From assembly GCF_009914755.1 (NCBI RefSeq), contig NC_060931.1: DNA of 64,000 nt; one strand, given 5' to 3'. This document shows, piece by piece, positions 48,578 through 64,000 of the stretch (the first letter of the stretch is position 1; every line of letters begins with the position of its first letter). A program made the position numbers and the translations under genes. The notes under the pieces are model-generated. The model did not search any database and was not told where the DNA came from. It saw only the letters and a list, made by a program, of their open reading frames with translations. The stretch comes from the human T2T-CHM13v2.0 reference genome, Homo sapiens.

Positions 48578-48583
48578 TTTATT
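48578..48583 (-). terminator. Candidate intronic poly(A) signal for the short (VSTE) isoform
   Basis: First AATAAA I found downstream of the VSTE stop (~280 nt), followed by U-rich TTTTTTGTTTATTT. Further AATAAA at 48188-48197 and 48095-48100. Confidence 0.45.
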
Positions 48584-48865
48584 AATATTTTGTTTAGCTC
48601 CATAGTTTATAATTGATCTATGGTTTATAATTGATCTATTTAAAAGATCTATTTATACTTAGGCTAACACAAACATTCAAGAGCTAAATCATTGCCAAGG
48701 GTATATAATGTCTACAACCTAAATGTAGTGGCTCTGACACACACATAACAACAACAACAAAAAGACTATTTGCTGATAGGTTGAAAAGAAATAAAGAAAA
48801 AAATCAGTTATTGTGGTTATTTAGTCAAAGAGGAAAGCAAAACTGAGATTGACATAGCATATCAA

Positions 48866-48988
<123 letters not shown>

Positions 48989-49368
48989 TTACAGACTATA
49001 TGTGAGATATAAGATGATGAGACCAGGGAAGGCAATATGGTAATAGTTGGGCTCTAAATTTATCTCCAATGAAAGGAGCTTCAACTCTCCACTATTAATA
49101 AATACCCTGAAAAGTACCTTAGTCACAGGAATATTATGAGCTTCCTGGTAAGTGTAGTGACATTTAAAAAAATTCTGGATGCCAAAAGAAAAATTTCAGG
49201 GTTTATGTTTAATGACACGATCAGAATTTCTACAGCCAAAAGAGATTCCTTGTTTTTATAACCCTACATTGCAAACTGGGAGAAAGGTGTTTCTCCCAGT
49301 TCTTCTAGCACCAACACTTCCAGATAAATAACATCAATTATTCCTGTGCTACAATCCGTGGCTTCACC

Positions 49369-49621
49369 TGGGCAGATCACGAGGTCAGTAGTTTGAAACC
49401 AGCCTGACCAACATGGTGAAACCCCATCTGTACTAAAAATACAAAAATTAGCCAGGATGTGTTGGCGGGTGCCTGTAATCCCAGATACTCGGGAGGATGA
49501 GGCAGAAGAATCCTTGAAACTGGAAGGTGGGGTTGCAGTGAGCCAAGATCGTGCCACTGCACTCCAGCCTGGGCAACAAGAGTGAAACTCCGTCTCAAAA
49601 AAAAAAAAAAAAAAAAAAAAA
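49369..49621 (+). mobile_element. 5'-truncated AluS with A25 tail, antisense to DGKB
   Basis: Starts at gggcagatcacgaggtca (first ~50 nt missing). No clear TSD. Confidence 0.92.
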
Positions 49622-50071
49622 TTGGGGGGAAATTTTGGGCAAAAAAAATGCTTGAAAAAGTTAAAATTTAAAACATATATAAAATCTTACTGTGGCACTT
49701 TAGTCCATGAAATGATTTAAGTCAATGGTGTCTCATCATTGTTTTCATAGATAATTTGCCCAGTAAATACTTTGGTGCTTCAGTAGACTAATATGAGTAT
49801 AAATCATAAAATTTGTATGTTTGAATTCGTGCATCAATATGTCCATGGTAGTCAACAAGAGAGAATCAGATTCCAACAAACCATATCAGTAATAGCTAAC
49901 CAATATTTTAGACAATCTGCCAATGTCCATTATTTTGAAATATATTAGTATTAATAACTGATTATTTGGAGCCCAAAGAAGACAATGTTACTATCAGAGT
50001 TCTGCATACTTTTAATTAGTTTGAGGCTATGCCATATCAAACGCCTTTGTCAGTTACAGAAAGGGAACTAC

Positions 50072-50192
50072 CTGATGACCACGCAGGAGCACTGAGCCAG
50101 CCGCCGGCCAGCACTTTTCAGGCCTGTGTATATTTGCCCCATCTCCATGGCTCCTTCCAAGCCGACCACCTCCAGCAGCTGGTCACTGAGAT
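50072..50192 (-). CDS. DGKB: DGKB internal coding exon (121 bp), accessory catalytic domain: (D)[39 protein letters not shown](R)
   Basis: Minus-strand translation matches my recollection of the DGK-beta C-terminal region. Acceptor tctttcag| at 50193 and donor AG|gtagtt at 50071. Phase 1 in, phase 2 out, compatible with the next exon. Confidence 0.97.
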
Positions 50193-53004
50193 CTGAAAGA
50201 AAGTAGATGCCTTTTAAGTTGCAATGTGTATACATATGTCCACAATTTAATGCCATTTGATATTATGGAGATTAAAAAAAATAACAGCCACTTCACAAAG
50301 AAAGCTTGTCTTAGAAACTTAAAGTAATAAAAAGATGGCCTACTTTTATAACTCTCAGTTTAACTAAACCTTGAGGTTCTGTGGAAAATGATTTGCTGTC
50401 AGCTTATTCTAAAACAAAATGGGAAGCACAGATTCTGAGCCAAATAATACCAAAAAAAAAAAAAAAAAACCCAGTAGTTTTTAACATCAACAAACTTAAT
50501 GTTATTCCACATGTATATAAGGACCATTTATACATCCCACATCAGACATTTGGCAGCAAATACACATTTCAACACTATAAATAAAATATGAGGATATGCT
50601 GTCAAACATGATTTTGTTAAATTACTTGAACAAGAGACCTTGGAGATCATGGAGTTGGAGCTTCTCATTTTATACATTAGAAGATGGGAGTCCCTAAATC
50701 TTTGAGTAACTTGTCTGTAGTAATAGGTAACTGTACAGAAGTTCAAGAAACAATAGTAATTTTGTGAAATGTTTTTCCGATGTTAAGGAATATTCTACAA
50801 AATACTGTTTGGTAGTATACTAGATAATTAGTCCCATGCAATCATTATTATTAAATTTTTTTTTAGCAGAAGACATTAAAAAGGGGCTAATAGTTAAGAG
50901 TTGTCGCTTGTTGAGTATTTACTAGGACTAATTACTTTATATTATCTCATTTGCTCCTGCTCCAGACCAATTTAAGATAAATGTGATTCTCCTCATTTAC
51001 AGATAGAGAAGCTAAACATTGGAGATGTTAATAATTATTCATATTCACATACCTAGAAAGTGACAGAGCCAAAAAGTGAACCTAATTGCTTTGATGCACT
51101 ATGCTACATTTGATAAATCAATCATATGAAAAGGACAGAATTTACAACGTTTTAGAAATCATCTTAACATAAAGGTGGAGGTTGGACTGCGTGAGCTTCA
51201 AGGTTCCTTTCCAATCTGAATATTTGCATTCAGCCAGAAAGCAGAAGTTGAACTCACATCAATAGAATCCCACACAGTCCTGTCCCAAGACTCAGTGACA
51301 GCCCATCTGCTCACCTATTTAACTCAGAGTGCTGAGACCCTTGATTTGGAGGCCAAAGTCTAGGTGCATATATATGGTTCTTTTCCATTGTAATATTCTT
51401 ATGTGTTTTTGTGTATTTTCAAATATAAATACACAATTGTACATTGTTTAGTAGCAGAAAAACTAGAGGAGTGGAATACGGTGGGAGGCATGATTATTAT
51501 ACAAGAAAGCCATGTAATAGTTGGTCATATTTGAGGTCGGACTCATAGAAAAACAAGCAAATGTGTTTTGTAGGGAATCCACTTTGTACAGAAAGTGCTC
51601 ACTCCTCACTAATGACTCCATTTTAGCATAGAGTTTAGAGATGCTAATGATTTATTTTCAGTGTAGTTCAACTGTGTGGCAGCAAATAGTGCTTTGCAAT
51701 CTCCAAGTTCGTTAAGCCCAGGATCGTAGGTAAATTTAATAAAAGCACTTTAAAAAGAATATGCAACCAAGCCACCAAACTTTTAAGTGAATAATAAAAA
51801 TCTATTATTTTTAACTTTAAGCTGTAGCTGTAGCACCGGATTACTCCAAGTAAAAACAATATTTTAGCTACAAAATCAAATGTTAACTTAGAGCTTCCAC
51901 CTTGCTGTTCTAAACCCCATTTAGACTTATTTCTCATGAAACTTATTCTGTGTTTCTAGTTTAAATTCATGTTGCCAAGAACAGATGGACAAGGAATGGA
52001 AACATATTCTTTCAGCTGTAGCCGGCACTAAAATGTGCTTGGCTCTATAGCCTGGGTGTTAATATACGCATTTCTTAGATATATGTCAACCAGAAAACGA
52101 CATTGTGGCAAGCACTGAAGCCCCAGATGTGTGCCTGCTGATATTTATAAAACAACAACTACCACCACGATGATCACCACCACCACAGGACTGGAGTTCG
52201 CATTTAGTATTGTAGATTTTGCACGGCCTGATTCCTAAATAGGTAGAATTCTGTGTTAATTTCTGCAATGATCTGAAACTGGTTGATGGGAACCATTCTA
52301 TAAGAAATGAAACACTTTCTCAAGACAGAGTTAATCTGTGAGCCCTAACTTTTTCATGAATCACAGGGATCTGTCTACACCCACACCATATTGCTACTGT
52401 CTACCACCCTCCTTCTGATTTTTTTCTTTCTTTTAATTTGTCTTTGTTTTTCTGCATGCAAAAATGCCTTGAAAATCAATTCTGCTGTTAATAATCAGTA
52501 ATGAAGATATTTCTCATAGACTTAGAACACCCAGGCTTTTAAACTTTCATGTTCTTGCTAACACAAATAATTTTATAGGAATAGTGCCATCTTTACTAAC
52601 TCTAGCAAAGGCAAATAAATACCATACTCCTTTTAATTAGGCATTCAGGGAGAGAAAACAAAAACAAAATGAAACTCTAAATTTGTGTTGCACGAATTTG
52701 CCCCCATAACACTTCCACATTTTTTGATACAGCACAATCTGCAATCTGTCTGTATACAATTGATGCCCCCTACCTGTTAATCTTTGAGATCAGGGTCCTG
52801 ATTGATTTCAGACAGAGAGAGTTTCTATCTATGCAATTTTGAATTCTGTTTCTATATGTGGTATCCTTTGGAACATCAGACTTCCTCACCTCACATTCTA
52901 GCTAAGAGTTATTTTAAGAACAGTTCTCCTTGGGATGGCCTAACCAGCTAGATCAACCTATTTAATTGGTTTGCTACCTGGCTGCTGGCTTCATATTTAA
53001 GAGT

Positions 53005-53312
53005 GTGAGCAGCAAAAGATGGCCTATGGACCAAATCTGGCCCCTAGCCCTTTTTGTATGGCTCACAACAATTAAGAATGGTTTTATATATTTAAAAATA
53101 TAAAAAAATAAAGTACTATAACATCTGAAAATTATATAAAATTCAAATTTCAGTGCCCATCAATTAGTCTTCATTGGAACACAGCCACATTCACTGGTTT
53201 AGGTCTTGTCTATGTCTCTTTTTGTACTACAGAGGCACAGTAGAGACCATATGGTCGACAAAGCTGAAAATATTTACTATGTGGACCTTTAGATAAGTTT
53301 GCCCACCTATGC
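53005..53312 (+). mobile_element. MER58B (hAT-Charlie)
   Basis: ggcctatggaccaaatctggccc...aaattcaaatttcagtg...ttggaacacagccac...aagtttgcccacc. Confidence 0.75.
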
Positions 53313-54009
53313 TTTAGAGAAACATGAACACTTTCAGGTCACTAAGGTTGTCACTTTAGTACTGCAGCTATAAATGCTAAATGGCAATTTATTTTTTAGT
53401 GCCTGAAAGACATAATGTTCCAGCATTAATTCCACAGTGTATGTAACCATGCATAGAACAGCTGTTCTCCACCAGGGAGTCTCACCACACTTGTGTACTA
53501 TGAGCATTGCCACAATCCATTGGTTATTTATCACGGAACACCAAAAGTTTCCAAATAATTTTATTACAAAAGAAAGTAGAACAGTTTAACATTCATTAGT
53601 GTGCTCAATCATTGCCTCTGGTTGGCTTCCTTGAGTGTGAGAAAAAGAAGAATCATAGATAGGAAGGCAGAAGTTGCAACCAGACCTGGAGATTCAGGTG
53701 GGAAACAGCTCTACCTTCAAAAGTTAAGTGTCAAGAACTGTGAAATCCTGACACCATGATACTGAAATCCATTTGTGTCTATCTAGAGGAAGACGTTGCT
53801 TTTGTTCAGTTTAATGTTATAAAGTATACTTTTGAAGGAAAACAAAGTACGTTTCTGAAAGCATTTATATGTCTTTTTAAATACCTCCATGGGAGTAAAC
53901 AGAGACAAGCTTTCATATTAGGTATTTTCACATTTAAAACAGAACATCTATAAAAGGTATTTCAGAGGGAAGAAACTTAATAAAATCATCAAAATTGGGT
54001 CATATTGGA

Positions 54010-54600
54010 TCAAGATTCTTAACACATGGTCTGTGAATCTGAATAGGAAAAATGCAACTTTATTTTCACTAACATGTAATTGAAATTAAGCATTTCTTTC
54101 AAATATAAATGTAGTCAGGAATACCTGTGACTTTGTCACTGATAAATATCACGTTATAGTTGTTACAATATTTCCTACTTTAAGAAAAGATAATACGTTT
54201 TAATTATCCACAATACCAAAATATCTACAAGTCTCTATAAAATAAAATAACACATTAAATTTTATTTTTTTTATTTTTATCTTATGTAATTTTTCAAAAT
54301 GTTATTTATATTCATTATGTCAAATTTTAATAATTATTGAACTTCTAGATTTTAATTTGTTAATAAGAAAGCATATATATCTCTAAATCAAAATTTCTAA
54401 CAGCATTTTAATCTAATTTTTCATAGAAAAGCATATATATCTCTAAATCAAAATTTTAACAGTATTTTAATATAACTGACTCCCTTTTTTAGCCTACGTA
54501 TTTTATCTTATAAATTTTAAAACATTATGTCTGAGAAGAGTCAGTAGATTTCACCAGACAGGCAAAAAGACTATAGCACAAAAATGGTAAGGAACCCTAC
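54010..54600. mobile_element. Old hAT-Charlie-type DNA transposon with internal 60-bp-period duplication
   Basis: Ends resemble Charlie TIRs (caagattcttaac / ggtaaggaaccct). Duplicated aaagcatatatatctctaaatcaaaattt...ttttaat at 54368 and 54428. Confidence 0.5.
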
Positions 54601-55821
54601 TTTAGAATGGAATTTGTCATTTTAAAGTTTATAAATCTTTATAAACTTTATAAATCTGTGAAAATAATTAGTGCTGCATTCATCTGTTACACAGGTAATC
54701 AGGGATATGAATGTAAATTTGAAAGTCAGGGGCACATATAGATTAGAGGACACACGAGCAGCTCAGCTAATAAGTGGGTAATATTTATTCATAGCTTAGT
54801 CTTCATTTTTGACAGTTATGCCCTGATAATATGTCTCATTATGTAATTGTTTCAGACTGCCATATGTGAAGAAACAGAAGAGAATGCATTACAAACACAG
54901 AATGAATGTGGGTTGTAGCATTTCGCAGAATATAGTGGGTACTGAAGAAAGGGGGAGAAAGGCTGGAGCAGAGTAGTATAAACCCCTTTGTGCAGAGTGT
55001 CCAGCAACATTCTGCACCACTGTCAGAGGCCATGTGGAGGTACTCATTGACTCAGCAGGAGCATTTTGAAATCAACATAAATTGCTAATTATAATGACAC
55101 TTATTGAGCCATTATTTGGCCATAGTAAGACCAGGCTAGCTATGGAGTTGTACCTTTTGAGTGTTTGTAGATTGTATGCCTTCCAGTGATGTTTCATTTA
55201 TCTAGCAACATTATGAAACATGTCTGAGGACCAAGAATAAACTTTTAAAAGGCCAAGGAACATATGAAATCCATTCACTAGAGTGAATAATTCAATGATT
55301 CGTCTTCAAAATGTCCATCTACTTCTAATTGATTCTTAATTTAGATATACTTCTCACAAGCATAAATGCCTGTTTTTCCTGACCTACATAACCCAGAAGA
55401 CATAAATTTTAAAAGGGGGTGGGTAGGAAGAGTTTTAGCAAAAATTTATTAATATAAACTGTGTTTCAGAGTACAAGTATGTAAAACATAAAGGCAGGCT
55501 TTTTGCACCTGAAGGAACATACAATCCAATTGTAGGTCTATTAATAAAGGAGAAACTGTATGGGGAAGGCTAATATATCTACTATATGCCTGCTATGAGC
55601 AGGCTCCCTGCTAAGGGATTTATAGGCATTTTTCCATTTAAGACTCTCAACAGTCCTTTGAGATAGGTATTATTCTCCTCATTTTATTGACAGGGAAACT
55701 ATGTCACTTGTTCAAGTCTTTACATAGAATTGAAAATCTGGTTTTCTAAATAGGTATGCTTGACTCTAAATTCCATGTTACTGTGACAACAGTAAGAACT
55801 AACCAATTAAATGTTAACAGT

Positions 55822-58800
55822 TCTCTTGGATCATCATGGCGGACAGGAGGCAGGACTAGATTGCAGCTCCAGACAGAGCAGCTCGCATTGTAAATTTTAG
55901 CTCAATAGATTGCAAGAACAAACCAGCAATCTCGAGAGGACACACAGACGCTCTGACGGAAGTGGACTGCTCCTGCGGAGCCTGGGAGACCCCCCAAATA
56001 CTGAGTGCCCAACTGAGGAAGTGGAAAAGGGAGACCCTCCTCTCCCCATCACATGCCCCCACTAGAGAAGCTGACAGTCCATTTGCAGGAGAAGTTTCCG
56101 GCTTTACTTGGAGCTGAGTCAATTTGGAAAGCTAAGCCAAGTACAGGGGTAGAGGAAGCAGCAGAAAGGCCCTGGGAGCTCCTGGAGTCCCCTAACTGGC
56201 CGTTCCTGCCTGGCACCATACCACAGGGATCCAACGGGAGGGTGACCAGAGGAGCAGGGGGTAAAACTCCACAGGGAGAAGGAAATCTCTAGCTAAACTT
56301 TGTAACAATTTGAACGGGGTGGGAAGCCACCTGGCTAGAACTCAGGAGAGGGCGCAAATCTGGTGTGCAAACTCCACAGGCAGGGGAAGAACCAAGACCT
56401 TTTCTTTCGCAGTTGGGAGGTGAGTTTTCAGGCCGGTCTCACCTTCTGCCTGGAAACTAACTCGGGTCTGTTCGTGGGGGCACGGTGAGAGTTAGAACGG
56501 GCCTTCAGTTTGCATGGGAGCTGTGTGAGGCCTGTGACTGTGGGCTTTCCCCCACTTCCCTGACAACCTGCATGACTCAGCAGAGGCAGCCATAATCCTC
56601 CTAGGTATACAAGTCCAGGGACCTGCAAATCTCATCCCCATCCCCCATGCTGCAGCTGCAGCAAGACCCACCCAAGGAGAGTCTGAGCTCAGAAATGCCT
56701 AACCCTGCCCTCCTCCTGATTGTCTTTCCCTACTCACCCTGGTAGTGGAAGACAAAGGGCATATAATCTTGGGAGTTCTAGGGCCTCGCCCACTGCCAGT
56801 TCCTCTCTGGAAAGCACCACCTCCTGGCAGGAGGTGCAAAAAAAGCATTGGATTAAATCCAGCGTCTCTTTATGATTAAAGCTCTCAGCAAAATCGGTAT
56901 GCAAGGGACATACCTTAATGTAATAAAAGCCATCTATTACAAACTCACAGCCAACATAATACTGAATGGGGAGAAGTTGAAAGCATTCCCTCTGAGAACT
57001 GGAACAAGACAAGGATGCCCACTCTCACCACTACTCTTCAACATAGTACTGGAAGTCCTAGTTAGAACAATCAGACTAGAGAAAGAAGTAAAGGGCATCC
57101 AAATCGGTAAAGAGGAAGTAAAACTGTCACTGTTTGCTGATGATATAATCTTTTACTTTGAAAACCCTAAGGACTCCTCCAGAAAGCTCCTAGAATTGAT
57201 AAAAGAATTCAGTTTCCAGATGCAGGATTAATGTACACAAATCAGTAGCTCTTGTACACAATAATGGCGACCAAGTGGAGAATCAAATAAAGAACTCAAC
57301 CACTTTTACAATAGCTGCAAAACAAACATCTTAGGAATATACCTAACCAAGGAGTCGAAAGACCTCTACAAGGAAAACTGCAAAACGCTATTGAAAAAAA
57401 TCATAGATGACATGAACAAATGGAAACACATTCCATGCTCATGGATGGGTAGAATCAATATTGTGAAAATGACCATACTGCCAAAAGCAATCTACAATTC
57501 AATGCAATTCCCATCAAAATACCACACCATCATTCTTCACAGAATTAGAAAAAAAAATTCTAAAAATCATATAGAACCAAAAAAGAGCCCACATAGACAA
57601 AGCAAGACTAAGCAAAAAGAACAAATCTGGAAGCATCACATTACCTGATTTTAAACTATACTGTAAGGCCATAGTCACCAAAACAGAATGGTACTGGTAC
57701 AAAAACAGGCACATAGACCAATGGAACAGAATAGAGAACCCAGAAATAAACCCAAATACTACAGCCAACTGATCTTTGACAAAACAAACAAAAACATAAA
57801 GTGGGGGAAAGGACACCCTTTTTAACAAATGGTGCTGGGATAATTGGCTAGCCACATCTAGAAGAATAAAACTGGATCCTTATCTCTCACCTTATACAAA
57901 AATCAATTCAAGATGGATTAAGGACTTAAACCTAAGACCTGAAACTATAAAAATTCTAGAAGATAACATTGGAAAAACTCTCCTAGACATTGGCTTAGGC
58001 AAGGATTTCATGACCAAGAACCCAAAAGCAAATGCAATAAAAACAAAGATAAGTAGCTGGGACCTAATTAAACTAAAGAGCTTTTGCATGGCAAAAGGAA
58101 CAGTCAGCAGAGTAAACAGACAACCCACAAAGTGGGAGATAATCTTCACAATCCATACATCTGACAAAGGACTAATAACCAGAATCTACAAGAAACTCAA
58201 ACAAATTGGTAAGAAAAAATCAATCCCATCAAAAAGTGGGCTAAGGACATGAATAGACAATCCTCAAAAGAAGATATACAAATGGCCAACAAACATATGA
58301 AAAATGCTCATCATTACTAATGATCAGGAAATGCAAATCAAAACTACACTGCTATACCACCTTATTCCTGCAAGAATGACCATAATCAAAAAAATAATCA
58401 AAAAACAGTAGATGTTGGTGTGTATGTGGTGAATAGAGAACAATTCTACACTGTGGGTGGGAATGTAAACTAGCACAGCCACTATAAAAAAACAGTGTGG
58501 AGATTCCTTAAAGAACTAAAAGTAGAACTACCATTTGATCTAGCAGTCCCTCTACTGGGTGTCTACACAAAGGAAAAGAAGTCATTATTCAGAAAAGATA
58601 CTTGCACATGCATGTTTATAGCAGCACAATTCACAATTGCAAAATTGTGGAACCAACCCAAATGCCCATCAATCAAAGAGTGGATAAAGAAACTGTGGTA
58701 TATATATTCAATGTAATACTACACAGACATAAAAAAGAATGAATTAACAGCATTTGCAGTGCCCTGGATGAGACTGGAGACTATTATTCTAAGTGAAATA

Positions 58801-59078
58801 ACTCAGGAATGGAAAACCAAACGTCGTATGTTCTCATGGATATGTGGGAGATAAGCTATGAGGAAGCAAAGGCATAAGGATGATACAGTAGACTTTGGGG
58901 ACTTGGGGGGAAGAGTTGGAGAGGGGCGAGGGATAAAAGACTACAAATATAGTGAGTGTATACTGCTCAGGTGATGGGTGCACCAAAATGTCACAAATAA
59001 CCACTAAAAAACTTACTCATGTAACCAAATATCACCTGTATCCCAATAACTTATGGAAAAATAAATAAATAAATAAAT
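55822..59078 (+). mobile_element. L1PB element with both termini but a multi-kb internal deletion
   Basis: 5' UTR start atggcggacaggaggcaggactagattgcagctcc. Jumps at ~56834 to ORF2 RT, then the complete 3' end and (AATA)n tail. TSD aaatgttaacagt (55809-55821) / aaatgttatcagt (59079-59091). Confidence 0.92.
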
Positions 59079-59269
59079 AAATGTTATCAGTGATGGAAGA
59101 GAAAAAAGTGCTACAAAGGAATACATACATAACACCTTAAAATAGTCCAGCAAACAGTCCTACCAATAAATCATTTCAAATGTAATCACAAAATTAAAAT
59201 GAAGTACAAAGCTCCCATTTATAATACCATGTGGGGTAATGTATGAAGAATACTCTGGAGAAGCTCAGT

Positions 59270-62772
<3,503 letters not shown>

Positions 62773-64000
62773 CTTTTTTTTGCAATACGTTTGCAGCTAG
62801 AACACCAGTGTCATGAAAACCATCCCTAAAGTCAAATGGGAAAGAAAAGAAAAAGACTCCCATCAACATTGTCAAAATTGGACACATTGATTCAGGCAAG
62901 TCCACCACTACTGGCCATTTGATCTACAGATGTGGTGGGATTGACCAAAGAACCATCGAAAATTTTGAGGAAGAGGCTGTTGAGATAAGAAAGAGTTACT
63001 TCAAGTATGCCTGGGTCTTAGATAAACTGAAAGCCGAACCTGAACATGGTATCACCATTGATACCCTGTGGAAATTTGAGACCAGCAGTTACTACTTGAT
63101 TATTATTGATAGTCTGGGACACAGATGCTTTGCGAAAAACGTGAATACAGCCACATTTCAGGCTGACTGTGATGTCCTGATTGTTGCTGCTGGTGCTGGT
63201 GAATTTGAACTGGTGTCTCCAGGAATGAACAGACGTATGAGCATGCATTTCTGGTTTACACACTGGGTGTGAAACAGTTATTGTTAACAAAATGGATTCC
63301 ACTTAGCCACTCTATAGCCAGAAAAGGTACAAAGAATCATTGAGAAAGCTGAAACTTAAGAAAATTGGCTACAATGCCAACACAGTAACATCTGTGCCAA
63401 TTTCTGGTTGGAATTGTGACAATATGCTAGAGCCATGTGCTAACATGCATTGGTTCAAGGGATGGAAAATCACCTGTAAAGATGGCAATGCCAGTGGAAC
63501 TATGTTGCTTGAAACTCTGCAATGCATCCTATCACCAACTCATCCAACTGACAAGCCCTTATTTGTGGTCTGCCTCTCCAGGATTTCTACAGAATTGGTG
63601 ATTTTGATACTGTTACTGTGTTCTGAGTGGTGACTGGGTTACCTTTGCTCCAGTCAATGTTACAACTGAAGAAAAGTCTGTTGAAATGCACCATGAGGCT
63701 TTGAGCGAAACTCTTCTGGGGGACAAAGGGGGCTTCAATGTCAAGGATGTGCACGTCAAAGATGTTCACTGTGCCAACATTGCTGATGACAGCAAAAATG
63801 ACCCACCAATGGAAACAAATGGCTTTCCTACTCAGGTGACTATTCTGCACCAAACAGGCTAAATCAGTGACGGCTATGTCCCTGTACTGGATTGTCACAC
63901 AGTTCACATTGCTTGCCAGTTTGCTGAGCTGAAGGAAAAGATTGATTGCCAGTCTGGTAAAAAGCTGGAAGATGGCCCTAAATACTTGAAGTCTGGTGAT
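62773..64000 (+). pseudogene. EEF1A1P26: Processed EEF1A1 (elongation factor 1-alpha 1) pseudogene, 5'-complete, runs off the window end
   Basis: Begins with the EEF1A1 5'TOP/5'UTR (cttttttttgcaa...agaacaccagtgtcatgaaaac), ATG at 62836. Recognisable [36 protein letters not shown] and VLDCH motifs. Intronless, with frameshifts, stops and small deletions. Parent gene is certain; the pseudogene number is from memory and unverified. Confidence 0.93.

Noticed and set aside
49264-49368. Minus-strand IIDVIYLEV resembling the CR1/L3 RT motif DVIYLDF, or a cryptic DGKB exon
   Set aside because: The match is only ~5 residues, the following FSKAFD motif is absent, and the flanking DGKB exons already join in frame without it.
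49447-49621. Exonisation of the antisense Alu between the last internal exons
   Set aside because: A poly-U/AG acceptor exists, but the usual right-arm donor reads CAG|GCACCC rather than GT, so a complete exon is unsupported.
50193-50256. N-terminal part of ORF 50068..50256 ([11 protein letters not shown]...) as a standalone gene
   Set aside because: It lies upstream of a clear tctttcag acceptor and is intronic. Only 50072-50192 matches DGKB.
62919-63633. EF-1alpha-like ORFs as an active gene
   Set aside because: Frameshift just after the ATG, further frameshifts, stops and deletions. It is a decayed retrocopy.

Overview
Human (primate) genomic DNA, AT-rich and repeat-dense. It holds the 3' end of DGKB (diacylglycerol kinase beta) on the minus strand. 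I identify three coding exons (50072-50192, 48881-48941, 21162-21269) that splice in frame to the known C-terminus ...[97 protein letters not shown] ~4.1 kb 3' UTR probably ends near an AATAAA at 17094-17099, and an alternative read-through end (…TPCT-VSTE*) lies at 48866. Positions 1-17 kb are downstream intergenic. The rest is intron filled with Alu, L1, L2, MIR, MaLR LTR and hAT DNA-transposon relics. A 5'-complete processed EEF1A1 pseudogene starts at 62773, directly after the 5' half of an old L1. Almost all ORFs in the supplied track are spurious or repeat-derived. I find no evidence of a new gene or biological system. The most notable signals are a dense cluster of seven RBFOX-type UGCAUG motifs in the long-isoform 3' UTR, inverted Alus bracketing the penultimate exon and its intronic poly(A) option, a near-pristine AluYa5-lineage insertion, and internally deleted L1s. 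Repeat subfamily names and outer boundaries are by eye and approximate.
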